Shown here: in pieces, positions 1 to 7,397 of the stretch | Position numbering within the stretch: position 1 is the stretch's first letter | Layout of the letters: every line of letters starts with the position of its first letter | Assembly: GCA_039190745.1 (NCBI GenBank) | Contig: JBCCXZ010000081.1 | Coordinates: 1 to 13,767 of the forward strand | Direction: 5' to 3' | DNA: 13,767 bases | Source: Planctomycetota bacterium | GTDB lineage: Bacteria; Planctomycetota; Planctomycetia; Pirellulales; Lacipirellulaceae | Position numbers and translations under genes: made by a program | The notes under the pieces: model-generated | What the model saw: only the letters and a program-made list of their open reading frames with translations | Databases searched by the model: none | What the model was told of the DNA's origin: nothing

Positions 1-769
1 CGGCGTCGTTCTTGATCCGCAGCAGGCGGGGCGTCCGCAGCGGCATAGAGGCGATCAACTCGATTTCGGCGTTGGTGAGCGGCTCGTCGAACGAGGGGGA
101 AAGGGCACGGAGATCGTCGGCAACGATCTGCAGCCGGTACACGCCGTCGGTCGTCTCGCCGAAGAACCCTGTCGTTACCGGCTTTCCCTTGAGCACGAAA
201 CCGAGTTCGCCCTCGAATCTGGCCGGGAGGTCGGTCTCGCCGTCGAGGGCGATGCTCACGATCGAGGGGAGCGACTTGGCGACGCTCTCGACGGGGTCGA
301 ACAGGTCGAACGGGATCGTCATCTCGAAGGTCTCCGCTTCGACGGTCTCGCGGCTGTCGGCTCTGCGTTTACCGGCTTTCGAGGCATCGGGCTCTTCCGC
401 CTGTCTCACGACCGACTCGATCTGCAAGCCGCGGGCTTCGACACGCAGGCTGCTCATGCCGGCCAGTGTGCCGGTGACTTGTCCGAGGGTGATCTCGAAG
501 TCGCGTTTCCGCTCGAACGCCTGGTGGTTGGGGAAAGTCGCTTCGGCGATCAGGCCCTGCCAGCGCACCGAACGGGGGAAGGCCACCTCGGCGTTGGCGA
601 GGTTGACGCCCTCGAGCAGCACGCCGTAGCGTTGTGCGCGGCCCGCCATACCTTGCAGCACCTTTCTCGAAATGTCGTCGACGTAGCTCTCTGCGAGGCC
701 GTACCCGATGGCGAGCACGGCCAACAGCAGGCCCAAGGCGGACAGGGTGATCTTCTTCCAACGAGCCAC
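1..769 (-). CDS. Membrane-anchored hypothetical protein, 3' end runs off the window (>=256 aa)
   Basis: Manual translation of the minus strand from GTG at 769: MARWKKITLSALGLLLAVLAIGYGLAESYVDDISRKVLQGMAGRAQRYGVLLEG...PLRTPRLLRIKNDA, open to base 1. GAGGAG Shine-Dalgarno just upstream; basic N-terminus plus a hydrophobic helix; GC3-biased codons. Absent from the ORF track because its stop lies outside the window. Confidence 0.85.
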   Translation of the reverse strand, partial: MARWKKITLSALGLLLAVLAIGYGLAESYVDDISRKVLQGMAGRAQRYGVLLEGVNLANAEVAFPRSVRWQGLIAEATFPNHQAFERKRDFEITLGQVTGTLAGMSSLRVEARGLQIESVVRQAEEPDASKAGKRRADSRETVEAETFEMTIPFDLFDPVESVAKSLPSIVSIALDGETDLPARFEGELGFVLKGKPVTTGFFGETTDGVYRLQIVADDLRALSPSFDEPLTNAEIELIASMPLRTPRLLRIKNDA

Positions 770-960
770 GCTGGGCGTCTCCTCTCGGGGGGTGTCGCGT
801 GCAACCGTAACCGGGTTGCCCGGCTAGTTTAGTATGATAGAAGACTCTCAGCGGACCAACGGCAGGCCAAACCTGTGAATCTCTTTATGCAACCAACCGG
901 AGTGGAAGCGGGTCACGTATGGGCTTCTCGCTGTGGTCTGCGGTTCCGAGGAGGCGGTCG

Positions 961-1419
961 ATGCTAGGTGCGTTGCTGGTTGGCGGGTTGATGATGGGGG
1001 TCACGGTGCTGATCCACTCGGCGGGCACCGTTCTGCTCATGCGTAGCCTCTCGGCGAACGCCCCGGCCGCGGTGGATCGACACGGTTCGCTCGGCAAGCA
1101 GATGGTGATGATCTTGTCCGCCGGTTGGTTGCTGCTGCTGCACGTGATCGAGATTGCTGCGTGGGCGTTCGCCTACCTATTGAGCGACTCGGTCACGGCG
1201 ATCAAGAGCTACGAGGATGCGTTCTACTTCTCGTCGGTCACCTTCAGCACACTGGGCTATGGCGACATCGTGATCAGCGACCCGCACTGGAAACTGACGT
1301 GCGGGCTGCAGGCGGTGAACGGCATCTTGTTGTGCGGCTGGAGCACTGCGCTCTTGTTCGTGCTTGTGCAGCACTTGTTCCTGCGGCACGTTGTGCCGCC
1401 GCACGAGCACGAGCCTTAG
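961..1419 (+). CDS. Small potassium-channel-family protein (Ion_trans_2-like pore domain)
   Basis: Pore helix and filter FYFSSVTFSTLGYGDI flanked by hydrophobic helices. Start set at ATG 961 (GAGGAGG at 948-954) rather than 919. Stop overlaps the convergent apgM stop (TTAG, 1416-1419). Confidence 0.88.
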   Translation: MLGALLVGGLMMGVTVLIHSAGTVLLMRSLSANAPAAVDRHGSLGKQMVMILSAGWLLLLHVIEIAAWAFAYLLSDSVTAIKSYEDAFYFSSVTFSTLGYGDIVISDPHWKLTCGLQAVNGILLCGWSTALLFVLVQHLFLRHVVPPHEHEP

Positions 1420-2621
1420 GCCCCGAACTTGTTCAGCCGGCCGGCGTTCGCTAGCGCGAGCGACATGAGGTACTTGGCCTCGAACTGGCCGAGCCCGCCG
1501 CGGAGGCACTCGGCCTCGCCAAACTTCTCGCAGCCGTCGAACCGGCAGTGGTCGGCGACCAGCAGCGTGGGCACCGGGTGCCAGCTGTGGCTGGCGAGCA
1601 TGCTGGGCGTGCTGTGGTCGCCGGTGACGATCAGCACGTCGGGCTTTAGGTCGAGGATTTTCGGCACGCAGGCGTCGACCTCTTCGGTCCGCTTCACCTT
1701 CGCGTCGAAGTTGCCGTCTTCGCCGGTGCTGTCGGTGTACTTGAAGTGGATGAAGAAGAAGTCGTAGGCGTCCCAGTGCTCGGCGAGGACGGCCATCTGT
1801 TCGTCGAGCGTCTGGGCGTCGCCGACGATGTCCATCCCAGCGAGGCGGGCGAGGCCTTTGTACATGGGGTAGACGGCAACGGCGGCGGCTTTGAGGCCGT
1901 AGATCTCTTCGTAGCTGGGTAGGTTGGGCTTGGCGGAGATGCCGCGGAGGGTGCAGCCATTGGCCTTGGGCTGGTCCTTGAGCAGCTCGGTCGCCTGGCG
2001 GACGAACTCGGCTGCGACGTCGGCGGTCTTGGCGCTGCCGGGGTCGAGCGACCGAGGCGCGAGCGGGGGGACGCCGGTGGCTTGGGGGTCGGTGTCGGCG
2101 ACGTTGCCCTCGAGTCCGTCGCCGCGGAGAACGATCACGAAGCGGTGCTCCTTGACCGGTTCGACGAAGACCTCGATGCCCGGGATGGAGATCTCGCGGA
2201 GCTTGACGGCGAGCGGCGAGCTCTCATCGGTGGGGATGCGGCCGGCGCGACGGTCGGCGATGTTGCCGCCCGCGTCGAGCGTGCAGAAGTTGGCGCGGAT
2301 GGCGACGTCGCCGGGCTGCAGCTCGAAGCCGATGCCGGTGGCTTCCAGGGCTCCGCGGCCGATGAGGAACTCCACGGGGTCGTAGCCGAACAGGCCGAGG
2401 TGGCCGGGTCCGCTGCCGGGGCTGATGCCGGGCTTCACGGGGATGCTGCTGCCGCAGACGCCCCGCTTGGCGAGCGCGTCGAGGTTCGGGGTGGCGGCGG
2501 CTTCGAGCTCGGTGGGCCCGCCGGGTTCTTGGGGCAGCCCGCCGAGGCCGTCGGCGACGAGCATCACGATCTTCGAGTCGTTCTTCGTGTGGAGCTGGCG
2601 GGTGAGTTCGTGGATTTCCAT
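1416..2621 (-). CDS. apgM: 2,3-bisphosphoglycerate-independent phosphoglycerate mutase, ApgM (archaeal-type) family
   Basis: 401 aa; motifs VADGLGG, TPNLDALA, PGSGPGHLGLFGYDP, GRGALEA, VTGDHSTP and HSWHPVP of the alkaline-phosphatase-superfamily ApgM mutases. Confidence 0.9.
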   Translation of the reverse strand: MEIHELTRQLHTKNDSKIVMLVADGLGGLPQEPGGPTELEAAATPNLDALAKRGVCGSSIPVKPGISPGSGPGHLGLFGYDPVEFLIGRGALEATGIGFELQPGDVAIRANFCTLDAGGNIADRRAGRIPTDESSPLAVKLREISIPGIEVFVEPVKEHRFVIVLRGDGLEGNVADTDPQATGVPPLAPRSLDPGSAKTADVAAEFVRQATELLKDQPKANGCTLRGISAKPNLPSYEEIYGLKAAAVAVYPMYKGLARLAGMDIVGDAQTLDEQMAVLAEHWDAYDFFFIHFKYTDSTGEDGNFDAKVKRTEEVDACVPKILDLKPDVLIVTGDHSTPSMLASHSWHPVPTLLVADHCRFDGCEKFGEAECLRGGLGQFEAKYLMSLALANAGRLNKFGA

Positions 2622-2697
2622 GGCGGCGTCGGCGGTTTGTTTTTTGTCTTTAGGCTCGAAATCACGAACACGCGGCGATACGCCTAAAGTCTGTTGG

Positions 2698-2732
2698 GAG
2701 GGGTGAGAGGTGGGAGGTCAGAGGTCGGTGGT
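2698..2732 (+). repeat. Degenerate heptamer tandem array (nnGAGGT x5), left arm of a long-range inverted repeat
   Basis: GAGGGGT GAGAGGT GGGAGGT CAGAGGT CGGTGGT; the reverse-complement array is at 3013-3040. Confidence 0.7.
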
Positions 2733-2844
2733 TGTAGCGCGAAGTCGATGTTGGAAGGGGACAGGCCGTTGTGTGTTTTGGCCAAAACGGGTTGAGTTTT
2801 CGGTGACGGAACCATCATCACGCTGCGGTGTCGGAGGGCGAGTA

Positions 2845-2933
2845 TGGCCGTTGGCCAAACCTTGGCATTGTCTGGTTCCCTTGAACCTAGGGCGTTGCCC
2901 TAGGCTACGGTCAGCTTGGCCGTTGGCCAAGCT
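2845..2933 (-). repeat. REP-like hairpin cluster: three stems with GTT/AAC triloops, central stem preceded by GTAG on the minus strand
   Basis: TGGCC-GTT-GGCCA (2845-2857), CCTAGGGC-GTT-GCCCTAGG (2886-2904) followed by CTAC (2905-2908, GTAG on minus), AGCTTGGCC-GTT-GGCCAAGCT (2913-2933). TGGCCGTTGGCCAA is directly repeated. Confidence 0.75.
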
Positions 2934-2961
2934 CGCGGCTGGGGGGAATGGCGCCGGGGCT

Positions 2962-3000
2962 GCCGTCGAGGCGTAGCTCGACGGCTAGGAACGCCTAGCC
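2962..3000. repeat. Two overlapping palindromes (REP-like)
   Basis: GCCGTCGAG-GCGTAG-CTCGACGGC (2962-2985) and GGCTAGG-AACG-CCTAGCC (2983-3000). Confidence 0.55.
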
Positions 3001-3012
3001 CTTCGCTCACTT

Positions 3013-3040
3013 ACCTCTCGCCTCTGAACTCACACCCGTC
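3013..3040 (-). repeat. Heptamer array (ACCTCnn x4), right arm of the inverted repeat with 2698-2725
   Basis: ACCTCTC GCCTCTG AACTCAC ACCCGTC matches the reverse complement of 2698-2725 at 21/28 positions by manual ungapped alignment. Confidence 0.65.
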
Positions 3041-3221
3041 TCGGAGCACCGTAGCACAAGCGGTGGCCCATTTTCTACTTGAAAATTTGGCCGCGTCGGC
3101 GGCGGGCAGGGATGAGGGCGGGGGCGTTGTCGGATAGAATCTGCGCGACGCTCTCTTGGGGCGGAATCGGCCTCGGAGAGGCCTCGTACAAGAATCACCG
3201 CACGAATATTTTGGGGCCGGC

Positions 3222-4619
3222 ATGAGCGAACTGATTTCCTACGACCCGAGCGGCGCCTTTCTCACCGGCGAACACGCCCAGTACGGCATCACGGCCGCAG
3301 ACCTGGAAGGGTTGGCCGACCGGTTGTACGCGGTGCAGGGCGGGCTGCTGGCCGAGGCGATCGACTGGAGCGATCCGCCCGCGGACAAGCAGCCGCTGGA
3401 CGCGGCGTTCCATCGGCTCCCCGAGCGCCTGCTGGAGGAATTGATCGCCAAGGGAGACGGCAGCGAGGTGCGGCGGTTAATCGCGACCGGGAATCGGCTT
3501 GCGGGGCTGGTCGACCGGGTGGTCGTGCTGGGCATCGGCGGCTCGTACATGGGCGCCCGGGCGCTCTTGGAAGCGCTCTGCCACCCGTACCACAACGAGG
3601 CGAGCAAAGAGCAGCGGGGCGGACGGCCGCGGATTTCGTTCGAGGGGAACAACGTCGACAACGACGCGGCGGCGGGGCTGATCGACCTGCTGCGCAGCGA
3701 GGGCGACCGGTGGGCCATCGCGGTGATCTCCAAGAGCGGCGGCACGCTGGAGACGGCCGCGGCGCTGCGGGTGTTCCTGCGGGAGCTGCAGAGCGCCTGC
3801 GGCGGCGACGCGGCAAAGGTTGCCGAGCGGCTTGTGCCGGTGACGGGCCAGAGCGGCAAGCTGTTCGACCTGTCGACGGCGCTCGGCTGCCAGGAGATCT
3901 ACGAGGTGCCCGACGGCGTAGGCGGTCGGTTCTCGGTGCTCTCGGCGGTGGGGCTGTTGCCGGCGGCGGTGCTGGGGCTCGACGTGGTGAAGATCCTCGA
4001 AGGCGCCGTGGCGATGAACGAGCACTTCGCCACCGCCGCCCCCGCAGAGAACGTCGTGCTGCAGTACGTGGGCGTGTGCCACCTGATGGAAACGATGCGG
4101 GGCTGCGACATCCGGCTGCTCTCGACCTGGGGCAAGCGGCTGGAGGCGGTGGGGCTGTGGTACGACCAGCTGCTGTCGGAGAGCCTCGGCAAAGCAGAGC
4201 AGGGGGCGATGCCGCTGACGGTGGTAAACACCCGCGACCTGCACTCCCGCGGGCAGCAGCACCAGGAGGGGAAGCGGGACAAACTCATTACGAACGTGAC
4301 GGTCGACACGCCCGCTACGGCGCCGATCGCGATTGGGGCGAGCGACCACAACCAGGACCAGTTGAACGAGCTCGCCGAGAAGACGCTCCCCGATGTGCTC
4401 TCCGCGGCGACGGCGGGGACGAACCAGGCGTACCTGGAAGACGGCCGGCCGACGACGCACTTGCGGCTGCCAAAGCTGGACGAACACCGCCTGGGACAGC
4501 TGCTGCAGATGCTGATGCTGGCGACGGTGGTCGAGGGGCGGTTGATCGGGATCAACCCGTACGGCCAGCCTGGGGTGGAGGCTTATAAGAAGAATATGAA
4601 TGCGATTCTGCGGGCTTGA
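3222..4619 (+). CDS. pgi: Glucose-6-phosphate isomerase
   Basis: Motifs LGIGGSYMG, ISKSGGTLET, GVGGRFSV, QLLSESLGK, DLHSRGQ, INPYGQPGVEAYK. Start set at ATG 3222 (465 aa), because the 3156 extension runs through a palindrome. Confidence 0.95.
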   Translation: MSELISYDPSGAFLTGEHAQYGITAADLEGLADRLYAVQGGLLAEAIDWSDPPADKQPLDAAFHRLPERLLEELIAKGDGSEVRRLIATGNRLAGLVDRVVVLGIGGSYMGARALLEALCHPYHNEASKEQRGGRPRISFEGNNVDNDAAAGLIDLLRSEGDRWAIAVISKSGGTLETAAALRVFLRELQSACGGDAAKVAERLVPVTGQSGKLFDLSTALGCQEIYEVPDGVGGRFSVLSAVGLLPAAVLGLDVVKILEGAVAMNEHFATAAPAENVVLQYVGVCHLMETMRGCDIRLLSTWGKRLEAVGLWYDQLLSESLGKAEQGAMPLTVVNTRDLHSRGQQHQEGKRDKLITNVTVDTPATAPIAIGASDHNQDQLNELAEKTLPDVLSAATAGTNQAYLEDGRPTTHLRLPKLDEHRLGQLLQMLMLATVVEGRLIGINPYGQPGVEAYKKNMNAILRA

Positions 4620-4630
4620 GCCTGGGGACT

Positions 4631-4665
4631 GACAGGATAACGGGATCGGCGGGATCGACAGGATG
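4631..4665 (+). repeat. GACAGGAT-family repeat, copy 1 (left arm of pair 1)
   Basis: GACAGGATAACGGGATCGGCGGGATCGACAGGATG; related copies at 5208-5242 (-), 9968-10004 (+, degenerate) and 10184-10221 (-). Confidence 0.85.
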
Positions 4666-4669
4666 AGTC

Positions 4670-4685
4670 TCACGCAGAGACGCAG
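4670..4685 (+). repeat. CAGAGACGCAG-family repeat, partial copy
   Basis: TCACGCAGAGACGCAG shares the exact 11-mer CAGAGACGCAG with the minus-strand copy at 10233-10243. Confidence 0.55.
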
Positions 4686-4715
4686 TGATAGCCGCCATCG
4701 TTTTCATCTACTTCC

Positions 4716-5204
4716 ATGAGCACACTCACCCTCTTGCCGATCATCTTCCTGGCTGTCTTGGCCGTCTTGGGCTCGGGCGTCTGGCTCACAAAGCGGTGGC
4801 TAATCGATAGCAGGCCAACGCCGAGGCCCGAGTTTCCGTCGCTGGACTCGGTGGACGTTTTGTTCCGTGAGAAGCTGGCGTCTGGGAGCGCGAAGGACGG
4901 GGTGGCCGCGCACTTGATGACGGTCAACAACGCGCTGACGGTGACCGTGACTGAGGACGAACTGTGGGTGGCGTCTTACTTCCCGATGTCGCTGCTGGTC
5001 GCGATGGTCGACATGGAACACCGCGTGCCGCTGGCGGAGGTTTCCAGCGTCGAGTCTGAGGGGCGCAAGTCGGTGGCGGTGGCCTTTACCGGGCCGGACG
5101 ACCAGCCGCGGCGGGTGCGGCTGGACCTGCGGGATCGTGACGGCTTTCTTACCGCAATTGGGCCTCGGATAGGATCGGTAGTCAGCCCCGAGCTTTCCGG
5201 CTAA
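4716..5204 (+). CDS. Hypothetical membrane-anchored protein (N-terminal TM helix; beta-rich soluble domain, possibly PH-like), bracketed by inverted repeats
   Basis: 162-aa ORF with GC3 bias. N-terminal hydrophobic stretch LLPIIFLAVLAVLGSGVWL, then alternating beta-strand patterns and a C-terminal helix. PH-like fold is inference. Confidence 0.75.
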   Translation: MSTLTLLPIIFLAVLAVLGSGVWLTKRWLIDSRPTPRPEFPSLDSVDVLFREKLASGSAKDGVAAHLMTVNNALTVTVTEDELWVASYFPMSLLVAMVDMEHRVPLAEVSSVESEGRKSVAVAFTGPDDQPRRVRLDLRDRDGFLTAIGPRIGSVVSPELSG

Positions 5205-5207
5205 TCG

Positions 5208-5242
5208 ATCCTGTCGATGCGGTTTGATCCTGGTATCCTGTC
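5208..5242 (-). repeat. GACAGGAT-family repeat, copy 2 (right arm of pair 1)
   Basis: Reverse complement GACAGGATACCAGGATCAAACCGCATCGACAGGAT; 29/35 identical to the copy at 10185-10219; starts 3 bp after the stop of 4716-5204. Confidence 0.85.
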
Positions 5243-5283
5243 GTGCGCGGGACCAATTCTCCTATCGAGTACAAGCCTGACCG

Positions 5284-5973
5284 ATGAACGCGAAGATCAC
5301 TTGGCTGGGGCACGCGACGTTTCTGGTGGACACCGGGGACCACCGTGTGCTGGTGGACCCCTTTCTGGACGACAACCCGTCGGCGACCGTGAAGGCGGCG
5401 GACGTGGAGTGCGACCACATCTTGGTCACGCACGGGCACTTCGACCACATCGCCGACTGCGTGCCGATCGCTACGCGGACCGGGGCGACGGTGGTGGCGA
5501 ACTTCGAGATCTGCGAGTGGCTGAAGAAGCAGGGTGTTTCAGAAGACAAGGTGTCGCCGCTGAATGTTGGCGGGCGGGCTAGTTTCGCGTTCGGGCGGAT
5601 GGGGGCGACCATTGCCCACCACGGGTCGGGGCTGCCGGACGGTTCGTACGGCGGCGTGGCCAGCGGGTTTGTCATGCGGCTGGGGACGGCGCGGGTGTAC
5701 TTCGCCGGCGATACGTCGCTGTTTCTGGACATGAAGCTGATCGGTGTGCGGCCGCTGGAGCTGGCGGTGCTGCCGATCGGCGACCGGTTCACGATGGGAC
5801 CGGTGGACGCGATCGAGGCGGTGAAGCTGCTCTCGCCGCACCGGGTGGTGCCGTGCCACTACAATACGTGGCAGCCGATCGAGCAGGACCCTCACGACTG
5901 GGCTGGCAAGGTGACGCAGCAGACAGGGGCGTACCCGGTGGTGCTCGACCCGGGGGGGAGTCTGGAACTGTGA
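5284..5973 (+). CDS. Metal-dependent hydrolase, metallo-beta-lactamase fold (UPF0173-like)
   Basis: ITWLGHATF, VLVDPFL, THGHFDH (HxHxDH), VYFAGDT, LPIGDRFTM, VVPCHYNTW. Confidence 0.92.
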   Translation: MNAKITWLGHATFLVDTGDHRVLVDPFLDDNPSATVKAADVECDHILVTHGHFDHIADCVPIATRTGATVVANFEICEWLKKQGVSEDKVSPLNVGGRASFAFGRMGATIAHHGSGLPDGSYGGVASGFVMRLGTARVYFAGDTSLFLDMKLIGVRPLELAVLPIGDRFTMGPVDAIEAVKLLSPHRVVPCHYNTWQPIEQDPHDWAGKVTQQTGAYPVVLDPGGSLEL

Positions 5974-6896
5974 TCCAAATGAAACAAGCGGCCGGCGTCT
6001 TGTTCTGCTTACTCGCTGCTCCGTGCTTCGGCCAACAAGGGGCGCCGGCGTGGGAGTTTCGTGATGCCGCCGAGCAGACCTATGTGATGAACCAATCGTC
6101 GCGGGTGGTTCTCTCACCGGGGACAGACTCCGAGTCGGAAGTGTCGTTCTCGCGGACGCTCGACTTTTCGTGGCGTGTGGCGGCAGTGAACCGAGGTGCG
6201 GCCACCGTAGCGGTGGAGGTGCGTCGGGCCCGGCTCAACGCCGTTGGGCCGAGCGGGGCTGCGGTAGAGTTCGACACCGACTCGGATGAGAAGGGCGAGG
6301 GCTACGCCGCACAGCTTGAGCCGGTGCTGCGGGCATTGTGCGGTGCGGAGCTGTCGGCGCGGGTGTCGGCGGCCGGGGCGATCTCAAAGCAGCAGATGCC
6401 GCAGTCGTTGGCGGAGGCGATCGACGCAGCCCCCGGCGGGGACCTGATAGAAGGGTTTTCGACCGCCGCGGGCCTGGAGAACCTGTTCTCATTGGGCTGG
6501 CCCTCCACCGAGAAGGAGAAAGTGAGCGCCGGGCAGTTCGGAACGTTCGTCGTCGAGATGAAGCACTCGTCAGAAACCGACGGCGACGGCGTGACGCGGT
6601 TCAACACCCGGGGGCAGGTGGTACTGCTTGCCGGTGATGCGTCTGAAGGCGTGGTGCTGAAGAGCCGAGAGCCGCGGGTCTCTGGGCGGTTAGTGCTGGA
6701 CGGCTCCACCGGGCTGGTGCGTTCTTCGGAGCGGACCGTCGAGGTGGTGCTCGAGGCCACCGGGAACAGCCGAACGCAGCCGGTGCGGGTGGAGCACCGT
6801 GTGGAGTTTGAGGCGGTGGACTACCCGGGAGAGGACTCGTCGGCGGGCGGCTCGTCTTTGGAGGGGGTCTCGACCGCAGGATCAGTCGGCGGCTGA
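5970..6896 (+). CDS. Secreted hypothetical protein (signal peptide, beta-rich; resembles DUF6263-type proteins)
   Basis: Start probably GTG 5970 (GTGA overlap with the upstream stop, GGGGAG upstream) or ATG 5979. MKQAAGVLFCLLAAPCFGQ is signal-peptide-like. The family guess comes from recalled pattern only. Confidence 0.7.
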   Translation: MIQMKQAAGVLFCLLAAPCFGQQGAPAWEFRDAAEQTYVMNQSSRVVLSPGTDSESEVSFSRTLDFSWRVAAVNRGAATVAVEVRRARLNAVGPSGAAVEFDTDSDEKGEGYAAQLEPVLRALCGAELSARVSAAGAISKQQMPQSLAEAIDAAPGGDLIEGFSTAAGLENLFSLGWPSTEKEKVSAGQFGTFVVEMKHSSETDGDGVTRFNTRGQVVLLAGDASEGVVLKSREPRVSGRLVLDGSTGLVRSSERTVEVVLEATGNSRTQPVRVEHRVEFEAVDYPGEDSSAGGSSLEGVSTAGSVGG

Positions 6897-7246
6897 GCCG
6901 GCACGGCGACTTGGATCTGTTCGTCAAAGACGCGGACCTCAAAGGTGTCGATCTTCAGCGTCGGGTTGTCGAGCCAAGCGCCGTCTTTGATGCTGAACCG
7001 CCAGGCGTGCCAGGGGCACATGACGCCGCCGTCTTCGTCGAGGGCCCCGGCCCCGAGCGAGGCGCCCATGTGGGGGCAGAGGTCGTCGATGGCGTGGTAC
7101 TGGCCGTTTTGCAGGAAGACCGCGACGAGACGCTGGCCAACTTGGTAGGTGGCCCCTTCGCCCTCGTTGATCTCACCGACGCGGGCGACGGTGGTGTAGT
7201 CCGCAGGGGTGTAGTCGGCGGCATCGTCTGCGGCTTCTTCAGGCAC
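6821..7246 (-). CDS. Rieske [2Fe-2S] ferredoxin (NirD/dioxygenase-ferredoxin-like)
   Basis: CPHMGASL...CPWHAWRF Rieske ligand motif, with acidic/proline-rich N- and C-terminal tails. Exact start uncertain. Confidence 0.9.
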   Translation of the reverse strand: MPEEAADDAADYTPADYTTVARVGEINEGEGATYQVGQRLVAVFLQNGQYHAIDDLCPHMGASLGAGALDEDGGVMCPWHAWRFSIKDGAWLDNPTLKIDTFEVRVFDEQIQVAVPAQPPTDPAVETPSKDEPPADESSPG

Positions 7247-7397
7247 GGTCTTTGAGCTACTTGGGACGGGAGCGCGGCCCGGCGGTACTGGTCCGAAGCC
7301 GTTGCCTGGATTATCCTTAAATCGCTTCGTCTGCCAACAACTGGCCGAATTTGGTAGCGGCTAAGGCACCCCTCACCCACCCACTCGAGAACGCGGC

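Noticed and set aside
12..832. ORFs 12..629 (+), 479..832 (+), 369..761 (-) and 550..804 (-)
   Set aside because: Shadow or alternate frames of the real minus-strand gene starting at 769; Ser/Arg-rich, no motifs.
2648..2689. CTTTAGGC...GCCTAAAG stem beside a T-run as an intrinsic terminator
   Set aside because: The T-run precedes the stem on plus and reads as an A-run after it on minus, and it lies upstream of the apgM start; at most a 5' UTR hairpin.
2845..2933. Possible mini-CRISPR (TGGCCGTTGGCCAA repeated twice)
   Set aside because: Only two 14-bp copies, the intervening DNA is itself a hairpin, and there are no cas genes; it fits REP-like elements better.
2710..3223. Short ORFs in the apgM-pgi spacer (2710..2976, 2718..2930, 2916..3137, 3007..3198, 3011..3223)
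   Set aside because: They translate palindromic repeats, lack RBS and codon bias, and show no recognisable domains.
3477..4673. 398-aa minus-strand ORF
   Set aside because: Antisense shadow of pgi, typical of high-GC DNA.
6821..7246. Calling the Rieske protein nirD
   Set aside because: No nirB or nitrate-assimilation genes are adjacent; the generic Rieske ferredoxin call is kept.
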